From Octopus bimaculoides (lineage: Eukaryota): DNA of 56,212 nt. Below, one piece after another: positions 37,899 to 51,393 of the stretch. A program made the translations under genes and the position numbers. Numbering within the stretch: position 1 is the stretch's first letter; every line of letters starts with the position of its first letter. The notes under the pieces are model-generated. The model searched no databases, was not told where the DNA came from, and saw only the letters and a list, made by a program, of their open reading frames with translations. The stretch covers positions 19,173,422 through 19,229,633 of the forward strand of contig NC_068982.1 of NCBI RefSeq assembly GCF_001194135.2, read 5' to 3'.

Positions 37899-38097
37899 AG
37901 AGAGAGAGAGAGAGAGATGTAATGATGATGATAATAATAATAATAATAATAATAATTTCTTAAGTAGCCAGAAGATAGAATAGGTATTATTCTTTATTTA
38001 GTACATCGGTCGTTTCTATCCAATTTACTAGTCTTCTTTATGGGTGGGACTCCTTTCAACTTGTGTTGCATCCATTTTGTAGTTTGCGTTTCATCAG

Positions 38098-38169
38098 ATA
38101 TCCATACATAAATTTGTGTCACGCGAAAGATCCTGAGTTCAGGATGTCATGTTGTTATATGCCCAACTG
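38098..38169 (+). CDS. Candidate 72-bp exon (phase 2 to 2), YPYINLCHAKDPEFRMSCCYMPN
   Basis: tttgcgtttcatcag acceptor and TG|gttaga donor; lies inside an open frame of more than 70 codons. Confidence 0.17.
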
Positions 38170-38808
38170 GTTAGAAAATGAAACATTGCAACAATTTTCA
38201 ATTACTGTCATCTTTCCATAATAAGAATTGCAAGCATTTGTAAATATAGACAAATAACTTTAGACAAATAACTGTGATATCGATGTGTAGCGAGTCAGAC
38301 TGTCTGCGAGCTGTCCTAGTCTTGAGGTGACTGTGATGACAGACTTTTGTGAGATTGTCTTGCAACCATAAATTATACGAACTACGGCCGACATTGACAA
38401 TGTGGGCGAGTGTTCCACTGTCCCATATGTGAGTGTATGTACGAGCGAGTGAGCATGCTAATGTGTGCCTACGCATCCTGACCTAAGCTAGTTAAACAAC
38501 CTTACGTCCCCTAGGCATTTTAGCCTGCATATATATCTTCACTTTACTATTTCTAGTACTATTCCTTTGTATTAAACCCAATGTAACTCAATTCAGCTCT
38601 GTCCATCCATAAACTTCTACAAATTTTTTTTAATCAACAATTATTTGTCTATATTCTCAAGTGTTTGCAGGATGGGTCGAAACGACCGTTGTATAAAATT
38701 TTAAAAAAATCATAATTATTATCTCAAAGTAACACTGCGGATTACACCAGATAGTTTAAACTGTGCCATTGCTCTACTTCAACACATTAATCGACATATA
38801 CTCATTAG

Positions 38809-38839
<31 letters not shown>

Positions 38840-39403
38840 CAAACACATACATACATACATATATATATATATATAATAAAAATAGTAATAATATTAATAA
38901 TAGATAGTATATATATGCATATATGCGTACAGGATGTCACGAACAGTACAAACAATTTAAAATAATTGAGTTAAATAAGTAAACAACGAGAGAGAAAATG
39001 GAAAACAGGACAAGTAAACACAGAGAAAGGACACTTCATCAGTTGTCGGCTGTCTATCTACGCCTCATTTCGAGCATTCAACGACAATTTGAGTTTTTGA
39101 AGACAGTTGCTCCGATGAATTCTAAAATAAAATTCAGGATTTATGGAGGGTCAAAGTTAGGAACAAAAGCAGGACAGTGGAGACATTCAGGGAAACAGAA
39201 CGAAAACAAACTTGGAGGGTTGTTAGACCAGAACGAGAAAAATAGTGAATGCTGGGAAAAAAAAATTCTTTCAAAAGAGAAAGGATAAAAGAAGGAGAAA
39301 TAAAACATCCAGTCTTTTCAGCGTCCGTGCAGGAAATGAAGGATGGACGATGGTCACACGTGAGCAACGAGAGAAATAGGAGGAAAGAAAGAGAGATAGA
39401 AAA

Positions 39404-39457
<54 letters not shown>

Positions 39458-40017
39458 GTGTCACAGGCATATTACACAAGGTATATGCAAGGATCTCATT
39501 CATATAGATAAAGTTTGCATAGAACCAGCCAAATAAAGAACCATGCAATTTTTGGAATTAAATCGTACATACTTTTCGTTACACAAAATCACTTTGCTCC
39601 GTACTTAAAACTCACTTAGATCAGGTCTATTATGTGTCATTCATTAAGCTGGTTTACATCTTATTTATTTATTTATTTATTTGCTTTTTACCTATTTCGT
39701 CACTCACATGAGAATTCTTGGTATTTGCAAGATAAGCATCAAAGGCTGTAGCAAAAGATTTCACGATTTAAGTTTTCTTTTCTTTTTGCTTCTTTCATTC
39801 AACATAAGTTTCAAACTGAAATTCTCTAAGTTTAGGACTGATGCATTTCGTATCGGACCACTGTTGATAGATAAAATAGTGTGTTAAACATCGTTTCTGT
39901 TGTAAAAATACATTAGTTAAATAGCTTCGGTATCTTCTGTGCGAGAACCGACATAGGTTTAAAAAAGAAGTACCTTCAAACTTAGAGTCGTCCCACTTCA
40001 CAGGCGCACATTTCAAT

Positions 40018-40250
40018 GGGCATATAGCGTAGTGGTTATGAGCGCGGACTACTAATCCAAAGATTCCGAGTTCGATTCCTGGCAGTGACCTGAATAATAA
40101 TAATAATAATAACATTGTAAAATGCCTTAGGAATGAGAACCCTAGTTCGAAATTTCCCCAAGACACCTGATGAAAGCTAGAGAGTATATCAGCTGAAATG
40201 TTGTGTTAACAACAAGCAAGATGAGGAACATATCCGTCAATTATAAATAA
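40018..40250 (+). mobile_element. tRNA-headed SINE, family E, with hammerhead-containing tail
   Basis: A-box TAGCGTAGTGG, anticodon-arm-like GGACTACTAATCC (cf. GGACTGCTAATCC of tRNA-Ser GCU), B-box GTTCGATTCC, (TAA)n spacer, then a unique 3' region with a hammerhead motif, ending in an AT-rich tail. Confidence 0.82.
40162..40207 (+). ncRNA. Minimal type I hammerhead ribozyme motif (Penelope-type)
   Basis: Stem I GACAC/GTGTT, core CTGATGA (40167-40173), extra A, stem II AGCT/AGCT, GAAA (40195-40198), vestigial helix III A-TG-T, then N17=T. Confidence 0.65.
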
Positions 40251-40258
40251 TATAAGTA

Positions 40259-40311
<53 letters not shown>

Positions 40312-40384
40312 TATATACAGAGAGAGAGAGAGAGAGAGAGGGGGGGAGGTAGCTAGGTAGATAGCTCTTTGTCGCTTTCGAAAA

Positions 40385-40505
40385 TGGGGCTCCACGTACT
40401 AGATCTTCCACATTGAATTAGCATTCCACAGGAACTTGTCTCTTAATAAAATTCTCTGGCTGCGTCTGTGTAACACAGTGTGAGACAAGCTGTACCTTTG
40501 AATTA
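40385..40505 (-). mobile_element. Old SINE family D fragment
   Basis: Reverse complement GTAATTCAAAGGTACAGCTTGTCTCACACTGTGTTACAC...GAGAATTTTATTAAG...CTGTGGAATGCT aligns with 35875-35965. Confidence 0.6.
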
Positions 40506-43500
40506 CCTATCCAAACCATGCGAAGGGCATCTGTACTGATACCTCTCTACCCAATTCTACTGACAAAGTATAAGATCGACTTGACTCGACGACAATGTCA
40601 CATAGTGGAAGGCGAGTGTGGTTATGCAGTGAACTATAAACTATTTCGCCATTCAACCTCATCTAATGTACAAACATATTTGTGTGTGTGTGTGTGTGTA
40701 TACATTTATCTATCTATCTAGCTGTCTATTTCTGTTTCTCCCCTTCTTTACATAAACACACAATCACACATACAAACACACACACGTGCACACATACACG
40801 CACATTACATAAATATAGTCATCATGTATACATCTGTTTCCATCTGTCTGTGCACGAATATCTATATAGACGTACATCAGTCTTACATACACATACACAT
40901 ACACATTGATAAATACATAAGTATATACTCTCGTGTGTGTGTGTGTTTCTACGTATATATTTACGTATGCATGTTTGTGTGTATCTATGCATGTATGCAC
41001 GTACTTACTCTTATATTCATCCATACATACATTAATATACGGATGCATGTGATTGTACGAGTGCGCATGTGTGTGAGTGTTTGTATCAATGTGTCCTAAT
41101 TTTATTCTCTCTAATTGCTGGCGAATGTGAAAGTAAACTGTAAATATCAAAGAACATTACATAACCGACGCTTAGCATGTTACACACAATCGCAGACACA
41201 CATAAACTCATACGTACTCTTACACATACACACGTGTAGACCTATATACTCAATAGATCGTTACATCACAGACATGAAAGACTTTTGCCTACATCCTAAA
41301 CACGACTTATCATACTAAATAATTTGTTACAGGATGCATTAATGATGCTTATAGATGAAGCACACATACATGTGCACATTATGTTATAATATGCACTCGT
41401 GTCTATGAACTTTGCTGTGCAGGATGATACACATAAGTGTACAGATATACGTTTTTAGAATATATACTTAGAAATTACATGTGCATATACAAATATACTA
41501 TGCTATAGATGAGCGAAACGTATACATGCGTACATGTGCCCGTGTATGTTTTTATATATGAGGATTTACATGTATGTATACATACGTATATTTATACATA
41601 AGTATATATAAATATGCGAGATGTATATTTATAGATGACAGACATACAGATGCACTTGCCCATTTCGTTGTTAATTATATAAACTATCGATAGATTCTAG
41701 TACTGTTGACTGTACTCGAACTCATTCATTTCTGCTACTTGTCTAATAAATACCAGTGTTTGATTTAGTCATCTTCGTATGTGGGTAAATGTATAGAATT
41801 AGGCTGTTAAAACATATTTCTATCTAATGGCAAATGTTTTACTCGTAGAACTTGCTGGATGCTGCTATTGCTGGTGCTGCTACTACTGTAGCTAAATAAA
41901 CAAACATCAGAGACCATCTCCAAATGAAGACCATTTTACTGTCTGACTTACCAATAAGAGCGAACAGACATATTTCTTTACTTTCTCTCACATTTCCACA
42001 ACTAACTGAGACTCTTTCAACCAATAAGCTGTGTATCAGCAGCATCTTCACTCATTATTCCTTCAGTACCCTGCGCGTACTGTTTCCCACTACACATTCT
42101 TTCATTGTCATAGAATATGAAGGAGATTTTAAGTGATCCATTGACATGCTGGAACAAACAAATCGTTCATTCTTAAATGGCACACGCTACCGCCTTGAAG
42201 ACAAAAATGGATAAAATATAGTGGATAGTCAGTGTAATTTTTACACAGTGACTGTAGCCTACACGTTGAAATGACCTGATCTGGATTAAGAGTAAGATTA
42301 GGTTTAGTGTCCCAAAGCCTAACCCAAACCCTAAAACCTAACTTTTATAGTTCTTTCCACTTTTCTTTTTCTCACTCCCACTCTCTCACGTTTCTGGACC
42401 TTCCCTTCATGCTCACCATCCCTCCTCTTGTACGTCACTCTGTCCCATTTCATTTTTTCTTCCTTTCCCTCCCTAATTCTTCTATCCCTCTGCCCCTACC
42501 TCTCTCCTCTCCTACCACGTGACCAGTGTTCCGCCAAGCCTGACCTTTCATTCTTGGTTCACTATCATCCGTGCAATATCTATATTCATTCCCATGCCTT
42601 TCATCCCCTATGTCCCTGCCGTAAGGCTTCACTTCACACTAGCTTAATTTAATTCGTCCTTAATTGAAAGACACCTGTTGTTAATGTCCTGTTGTTTGTA
42701 TTTGTGTACCATTTCTACGTTTTTTTTTTCGTTCTCGCTTTCGTATACATTCGATCGCATTCTTCCAAGGAATCTAGTGCTCTTAGCTTAGATTTTCTTG
42801 GGGCCGGCCACATTGGAGCAATCACGAGTGTAACCAGCCGAAACAGATGAGAAAATCTGGAACTCGACTGAAGATAGAAAACCCCCAATCACCCGTCCTT
42901 GTTTTTTTTTTTCTGTCCTTTTTTGTATCGTGTAACTGTCCGGATGTTTTGTTGTCACCTGTTACGTTCTTGCACCATTTTTTGTTTTCTTATATATATA
43001 TATATATGTATTCATCTATCTATTCATATCTAGTTAGCTATGTGTGGGTACGCGCTTGTGTTGCGTTTGTGTGTATATGTGTGTGTGGGGGGAGGGCATT
43101 TATTCATTTACTCAGAAACACGCATATATATGCATCCAGAAATACATGTAAGCATATAAATGAATGTATATGTAGACTAGCATTTATATGTTTAAAGGTA
43201 CACTCACACACACATACCCAGAAAGAGAGAAAGAGAGAGAGACAGGATGAATGAGAGAAAGAGAGAGAGAGAGAGAGGATGAATGAGAGAGGAGAGGGAG
43301 GGACATCAATTTGTTATTGAGGCTGAAAACAATTCGATTATATTTCTTTGCACAATTGTTTATGCCTAAGTGCGAATAATCATGCAAACACATACGCATA
43401 ACCACACACACTGATACATATACACACGCACATACATGCATATATATGACTCATACACTGTGAGTAATTTTCTTAGAAATTGTAAGAAGTCTAAGAACTA

Positions 43501-45635
43501 TTATATAACCACGATGTTGATGTTTGCATTGTTTGTGTTATTTTTGCTCTCGTTGTTTTTGTCAGCTTCTCTTTAAGCTATCATTCAACAGCGATCGAAC
43601 ATGCAGATCAGTGATCAAAGGACTTCAATTCTTTATTCCATGGAATGAACTATGTAAAGAACAGAATATATTATAGAATGTGACCTAATTTTTGTTGTTG
43701 TTGTTTCATTCATGTAGCGTGTACATTAGTATGTAGGCTGGTGATGAATTAACGACAATTTGACAGTTATGTTTAGCGGGTCTCCGAGACGGAGCAGAAC
43801 GGGAGGAAGTTATAATCAAACCGGAAACACGATTTCAATGCTTCTCAGCAAATGGAATTTGAAAACAGGCATCGAGGGTGTTAGGCAGTGATGTTAATCC
43901 AGGAAACGGATTAAGTTAATTTAGTTTCAGTTTAATGATTTGGCTGTAACTATAATTAGTTTGACATATCTTTTTCTTCTTTCTATGTTTTTTCTCAGCC
44001 TTTGTACCGACTTTGATCGACCACACTTAGGATCAAAATATGTACAATTCAGCTTCACTAATATTCACATTTTTTACAAAATATCATTTATACCTGACCA
44101 CATGATCTAATGTGCTCAAAGATGCAGTTTGAGAGAAATTTGAATGCTCGTTGTAAGAGGGTGATGTGACTACTTTCTGGCTCGCTCTGGTAACAATAGA
44201 TGTTGGCGTAGTTTAAGGGAACTTCAACAAAATTGAGAAGATGTATGATTAATTATATTCCCACTGTTACTACACAGTCATTTCTCTCTTCTCTTTTGAC
44301 ATGGTGCTCTTCGCGTTCCAAGAACGTAGTATGTGATTTTGAGTGAAAATTAGAGCGACCAAAGAGGAGCTCCCTCGTCTCCACTGCCGCATAATGGTTT
44401 ATATCATTAATGCTGTTGTTGTTGTTGATCGTGCTGTTACTGCTTCTGTTTAACTGCAGCTGACACTTGAGTCATAAGACCTATAATCAAATGTATTTCA
44501 AGCATAGCCAAACCTTTTTTAAAGGTTGCCTCGGAGTAAATTATTTCACGTGACCCTCTTTTATTTGTTTATTTATTTATATATTTATTTATGTATTTAT
44601 ATATTTGAAAACAATAATGGATGATGTGGGACTTAAATGGTTTACAGTATCTAGCAATTCGAGCAATCACGTAACGACCTGCAAGTTGGCACGTGATCAT
44701 CATATAGCTTAAACCTAGGTCGTCTCTGGCAGAAAGACGATATGATCAAGAGCTTTTCATTCATAAACATCAAATCTTTTCACCTATGTTAGTGAATCTA
44801 GGTCAGCCTTAGCTAACATCCCCTTTTCTAATACGGACGTGTGTAATTTTGGGCGAGTTTTGGTTGCCATTTCTTGCATTTCAAGCAACAACATCGAAGC
44901 GTCTATGTTGCCTCGCCTTGATAATAGAGCTTGCTGCGTTACAGTGAGGTAGGATAGGGAATAGAAGCAGAGATTAACAGGAAAATTTGCTGTGATGATA
45001 GTGGTCGGCATTGTTATTGATCTTTAGACTGGTAGTAATGATAGTGCCAATAGTAAACCTGAAAAATAATAATCGATAATCTGCAGTGGAGCGTGATTGC
45101 TTTGAAAAAAAAAAACATTTCAAAAAAGCAAAGAACAAAACTCTTCTCGCTTCATTGAATGTTTATTTATACCGCGTGTTTCCTTTGTTAGAATACTAAT
45201 GTGTGTGTGGTATCTCTTTGATTATATACATCCATTGCCTATATAGGCAACTATACATACGCATGCACAAACACGTAAACGCATAAAACACCCACACACG
45301 TATGTGTGTGTATTATANNNNNNNNNNNNNNNNNNNNNNNNNNNNNNNNNNNNNNNNNNNNNNNNNNNNNNNNNNNNNNNNNNNNNNNNNNNNNNNNNNN
45401 NNNNNNNNNNNNNNNNNNNNNNNNNNNNNNNNNNNNNNNNNNNNNNNACATTATATATATATATATTATACATATATTATATATATATATGATATATATA
45501 TATATATATATCTTTAGGCCATCAAATCTCCACAGTTACAAGGGCAAATACAGCATGTCGTCAACATTTTAAACCTAAATTCATCCCCTACATATCTGTT
45601 CGAGGCTATTTCTTCCATAGACAATTCGAAAGCAA

Positions 45636-45669
<34 letters not shown>

Positions 45670-46730
45670 CAGAGAGAGAGACAGAGAGAGAGATCAAGGA
45701 GAAAGTGACCCAAGTGCGAAACTAGGGCATTATTTATCAGTCAAAAAAAGGAGGGAGGCAAGGATTTCACCTTGTATTATCGTATTATATCCGACATTCT
45801 AAAGACTTTGCTAATTCGATTTATATACATATATGCACAGAGTGTATACGTGCGCGCACGCACAAACTTACATGTTTACATATAGTTCGCATCTGAAGTT
45901 ACTTCTACATTCTTGCAGAGAATCTATGTTTGCTTTGTGGTTTCGCATATATGATTTTTCGTTTTAAGTATTTTTCTTACATTTTCCTGTTAAGTTCAGG
46001 GCGTTATCACATCCCACTTGCAGCCGAGCTTTCTACATTTCACTAGAAAACACTGCAGCTTGTTTATTGCTTATAAGATTTTCGTGAAAGCCTTTACCCA
46101 AATTGATTATCTATTTATCGTTTTTTCTGCTATTCCTATGCATAGAGAAGGATGTAGTTTCAATCTCACTTGTAACGTCTTCTTCCTGATCGATAACATT
46201 CCGGCATAAAATACAATATTTTGAGGTTTTCTTTTTATTTCATAAGTACGTATATAATGTGTTCATGAATGTATATATTGTAGTTCAATGTATTGTGTAT
46301 ATATTGTATTTCTCATGGGCTTTATCTCCTTATGAAACCTGTGTCAATGCATTTATAAGTTGGCAGAGAAATTATATTCAGGGCAATTTCTAAATCTTTG
46401 TCTTCAAGGATTTGACTGCAATGGTAATGGTAATAATGATGAAAATGATAATCATAATTCAATAATAATTGTACTGATAATTATGATTAGTTTTTTTGCA
46501 TGCAATGACTTAAAGAAGATACTTGTGAATCCATACAAACTTACATAACTTCGTTCTGTCACTCTCCACTCTCATCCGTTCAGTTCTCTTTCATGCATAG
46601 ACATGATGCACAAACATAGCTGGAAGACCGCTAATTAAACAAGCTAAGGACCGACTCTCATATATATGTAACATATAACTGGCTTTTATTTACATAATCA
46701 TACGTTAAGCTGCTCTATCACACTTCTCCC

Positions 46731-46958
46731 TTGCTTTCATATAATCACATGCACGTTTTTCAACGAATCACATCAGCAGGCAAACGTCAATTCTCTTACT
46801 CACATATTAAACAGGTAAACAGACTGAGTTATATGCTTTCTAGAGGCAAACGAAGTAATCAAGCACAAGGTCAAAGTCCAAAGTATTTCATCTGCCTGCA
46901 TACAATTATTTTGCATCCAACTGTCCCAAATACATTCGCTCTCATATCTGCACGATAA
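46731..46958 (+). other. Short ORF with two Gly-Lys-Arg motifs flanking a 19-residue peptide
   Basis: ...AGKR-QFSYSHIKQVNRLSYMLSR-GKR...; no signal peptide within the ORF and no family match recognised. Confidence 0.15.
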
Positions 46959-47723
46959 TTTTTCCACCAGCTCAGAAATGCTTTCATAACGGCTCCAGCG
47001 TAATGGAGTCGTATTCCTGTGTGTGTGTGTGTGTGTGTGCGTGTGCGTGTGTGCGCGCGCGCGCGTGAGTGAGTGCGTGTGTGTGTATGCGCGTATATAT
47101 ATATATAGTAATATTTAGCAGAAGTAACAGAGTGACACAAGGACCTTGCGTCACTCTGTTACTTCTGCTAAATATTAATAAAAAATATATATTATGTATA
47201 CTCACATTTTGAGTTCTATTTTTCCTGTTTGCTCTAACATACTTTTATATATGCATGGTAGGGAGACAGTATCAGAGGAAATATTTCTTTAGAATCTTAC
47301 GTGTCCACTTTCATTTCACATTTAAAAACAAAAACATTGAAAAGGTTCACCTTCTTTGGGTAAGATGTATTTATGATGCATCATATATGTATGAAGTATG
47401 AATGATTTATATTTGAATGTTGATAAGTGTGTACGCGCTTGTGTTTGTGTGAGTAAAATTTCTGGTTGGATACAATAGTTTTGTACCACATTGCTGAACC
47501 ACATGACCCTTGCACCGTTGGTTTAGTGTATTCTCAGGGACATGAAAGTTAGAATGAAAGAAGATTGCGTACTTGTATTTTGGTTAGTCGTTTATTCTTT
47601 TGAGCAATGAAGGATGGACTATAAAGTTCGTTTCCTTGAGATTCACATTCAGAGTGAAAACTGTTAGAAATTTTGTCCAAAGTTCTTATAATTCCACGTT
47701 TCCATTTTCTTACATTACGCCAG

Positions 47724-47809
47724 AAATAAGAAATGAAGATTTTATCCGTGCAGGCCTTGACCTCTCAAAGTTAATAGCGACAATAAATGCTGCGAACGAT
47801 TGTGTCTGA
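47724..47809 (+). CDS. Candidate terminal exon, IRNEDFIRAGLDLSKLIATINAANDCV*
   Basis: Acceptor tttccattttcttacattacgccag (phase 1) followed by a protein-like 28-codon frame ending in TGA. Confidence 0.18.
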
Positions 47810-47852
47810 CGTTCTAACGATTTCGTCTGTCGGTTGGACATTCCAGCCTCAG

Positions 47853-47951
47853 ATCATCATCATCATCATCTTCTTCTTCTTCTTCTTCTTCTTCTTCTTC
47901 TTCTTCTTCTTCTTCTTCTTCTTCTTCTTCTTCTTCTTCTTCTTCATCTTC

Positions 47952-47991
<40 letters not shown>

Positions 47992-48013
47992 TACTACTAC
48001 TACCATTATTATT
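47853..48013. repeat. Compound trinucleotide microsatellite (ATC)n(TTC)n(TTA)n(CTA)n
   Basis: Successive pure trinucleotide blocks, each one base change from the previous, all in one register. Confidence 0.97.
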
Positions 48014-48189
48014 GAATGAGAAAGTGGTGCACGCCATTAAAGTGACGCTGGAGTACAACTATTCAAAACCCAGTATACTTATCATGTCTACCCGTCTGAT
48101 AAGGTTACACCAGGCACATGCATCAGAACCATATGTGCGTGACACGGTGACCTCCTATCAAGATAAACAGCGCATGGCATTACATATAC

Positions 48190-48229
<40 letters not shown>

Positions 48230-48434
48230 GTTTAAGCTGGTGATTTTAGAAAAATAAGCTGTAGAAAATATGGTACGATCAACTGCAGCATCTAACTACT
48301 TATATTGTTATGTCAAAGTGGAGAAAATATACATAAATATATTTCTGTATGTTTATGAGCATATATGCATGTGTATGCCTGCATATATATATAATCAAAA
48401 ATATATTGATGGACACATATACACCCATATACAT

Positions 48435-48440
<6 letters not shown>

Positions 48441-48526
<86 letters not shown>
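48441..48526. repeat. (AT)n microsatellite
   Basis: About 43 AT units, within a larger AT/AC-rich tract 48400-48900. Confidence 0.97.
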
Positions 48527-48528
<2 letters not shown>

Positions 48529-48590
48529 ATAAATAAATAGATATACATATACATACAGATGTAAATATCCATACGAATATACTTACATGC

Positions 48591-48628
<38 letters not shown>

Positions 48629-49250
48629 ATAGATAGATAGATGCATGGATAGGTTAAAAATTGAGAAATGGATGCACCCCCCCACCACACACACACGCAT
48701 ATATCTATCTATCTCTCTATATATCTCTCTGTCTGTCGACACACACGCATATATATACATACATAATCCACACACACACATACTCGCGAACGCGCGCGCA
48801 CACACACACACATACACACACACATACACACACACACACACACATACACACACAAAGGCACATATATATAATGTATGGATGTATTTATGTATATATGCGT
48901 ATATTTTTTTTATTCTCATGAATTCCTGCATGGGGTCTTTACCCATGCTGAGATAACGCTAGTATTATCAACTTTTCCCTATGCGGTTAGCTTCTTTTGA
49001 ATGAGGGAATTCCATTTACGTGTTCCGTTTGAGTTCCTTTTTTTTTTTTTGCCATGTTGTAGATTTGACTGGGATCCTGGAATGCAGTAGGTTAAATTAC
49101 TTCTCGAAAATATCTACCAACACTCTATGCAGATCTCTTAATTTTTATTTTATTTTTAGCAACATACTTATATATATATAGCATACACACACACGTACGC
49201 ATGTGTATATGCATATAAATGCACGTATATATATATATATTGATATGTAT

Positions 49251-49297
<47 letters not shown>

Positions 49298-50779
49298 TAT
49301 ATATATATTCGATTTGATTACATGTGCTTTCATTTCCTGTAGAAATATCCCATCACACCCTGCAACTCACCTATCTGCCTACATAAACAATGGTGGTACA
49401 ATGAGGCTTCCATAACAAATCTTGAGGCACACCCTCGACCGCCTAGACAGCATTAAGTAAAAGGCCAGCTGTTTGATTTACAAACGCTTTCTTACCACTA
49501 AACTACAATACTGTCTTTTTCTTTGTTATTTTTATAATAGTGTGCAGCCATCTACTCTGCAAACTGAATCGAAATCTCTGTACAAAACAGGCTAGTTGTA
49601 ACCTACCTTCTCCTACTCTTATAAGAAAACTACACACTCATAACCATATACGCATTCATACTTACAAATATACACGGTTTTAGTTTTCTTTATTTTAATC
49701 TTTCCATCTTGAACTGGTCTCAAACAAAAGAAGGTTCCTTTCGTGGTATTTAAATAAAAATTACTGCTCAGAGACAGTCACACGCTGAACTTTAAGAAAA
49801 CCTTGTCTATGTTTCTAATTGCGTACGCAGATTGAATTCAATGGGCATTCCCAAAGGTATTTTGTGATAGGACAAGAAGACGTGTTTTCCTATAGCTCTA
49901 TTTACTTGCATGTATGTATGTATGTATGTATGTATGTATGTATGCATGTATGTATTCGTTTATGTATATATGTGTAAATGTAAGGTTTATGTGTATATGT
50001 TTTAACGTTTGTATGTAACTGAATGCATACCCATTATATTGGTTTCATAAGTTAACATGGAAAGCCATCATTTTGTCATAGCTCTCATAGACAGTTGATA
50101 TTCAGTTATAATATTCATTTGGAAGTCAGTTGTAGCTATTGTTGCTACCCAATGTCTCAACAAAGTCTATGTCGTAATATCAAAACAAAACGAATAAACA
50201 AATATATATAAATACTAGCAAATAAACTAATACTTTAACTGGAGTAACTACGCTGTTAAGTATATTACTTTTATGTGTGTTTATATACAAACCTCAAGTA
50301 AACATCAAGAAAATCACAAAAAAAAAAAAATTGATTTATTTCACTACCATTTCAAGATTTAGAAAGATCTTACTATCAGTGCGTACATGTCATACAACAA
50401 GTGCACGGAAACATGGAAAGACTTAAGGCCAAGTAAGAATTTTTGAAGTGAATGAAATGTTGAAGTAATAATACTGATGTGCCAAATATTGTTTCACGCA
50501 ATTTTATAGCCGTCAGATTTCTAAAGGGGAAATAAAATATAGCGGTTTGTGTTTTTATTTTATTTTTCCTTAAGAATAACTACCTAATTTTACGGAAATA
50601 TTGGTTCAAGGAGTTACAGACGTTCGACCGCGGGTAGTGTCACCACATCACGATTACTGAAATGTGATGTTTATGTGACTAAAGTCATTATACCAATCCA
50701 AGTTTCCTATTACTTCACTCACCAAGCGGAGACTAAACCACTTTACTGAAATGGTCTGCATTTAGAATGTTTTGTATGT

Positions 50780-50814
<35 letters not shown>

Positions 50815-51050
50815 CACACACACACACACACACGTGTGTGTATATGTCTACATTTGTAGGTACAGGCATGTATATGAGCTTGTGTATGCACATATAAATA
50901 TATTATATATAAGATCAATTTAACATTAAACAGAAAGATTACTCAATACTTTTGAGCAGAAAACATGTTTATTTAACTTTTACAAGCTTTTGGAAGACAG
51001 TGATTTCGAAGTTCCTGCTTGCTAGATTTCACCGGACTATTTGTCTATCT

Positions 51051-51089
<39 letters not shown>

Positions 51090-51393
51090 TATGTGTGGTG
51101 TGTATGAGCTCATGTGTGGGTATGTATGTATGTATGTGTGTTTATGTGTTTGAGAGTCGAGCTGTGTGTGTTTGTAGAAAATGAAGAATCATTGTCACTT
51201 GGCATGCGTCTCCTTTCGAACAGATAAACGAGGAACATTTCAGCTGTATAATCCAACTATAAATATATGAGAAGTTTTTCGTCAGAAATGCTTTTCTATC
51301 GGTGGAGACTACAACTGAGCACTTGACAGGTGGATTTAAGAAAACATTAGCCAAATTACCTCGAAACACATTCTACTAAGAAAAACGCCTGCA

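Noticed and set aside
37990-38166. Minus-strand strong acceptor followed by GHITT-TGA-HPELRIFRVTQ..., suggesting selenocysteine read-through
   Set aside because: No redox motif, no SECIS identified and no selenoprotein similarity; an in-frame stop is better explained as non-coding sequence.
39020-39090. Minus-strand GAAA ... CTGATGA within a repeat-like segment (similar order on the plus strand at 42840-42876)
   Set aside because: The required helices do not close in any hammerhead topology.
40018-40085. Possible genuine tRNA gene
   Set aside because: No paired acceptor stem, the variable arm is missing for a Ser-type anticodon arm, and it is embedded in a repeat; better explained as a SINE head. 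The same applies to the heads at 5794 and 35671.
44784-45011. Minus-strand ORF QALLSRRGNIDASMLLLEMQEM...
   Set aside because: The only open frame ends in TAG exactly at the putative donor, and no homology was recognised.
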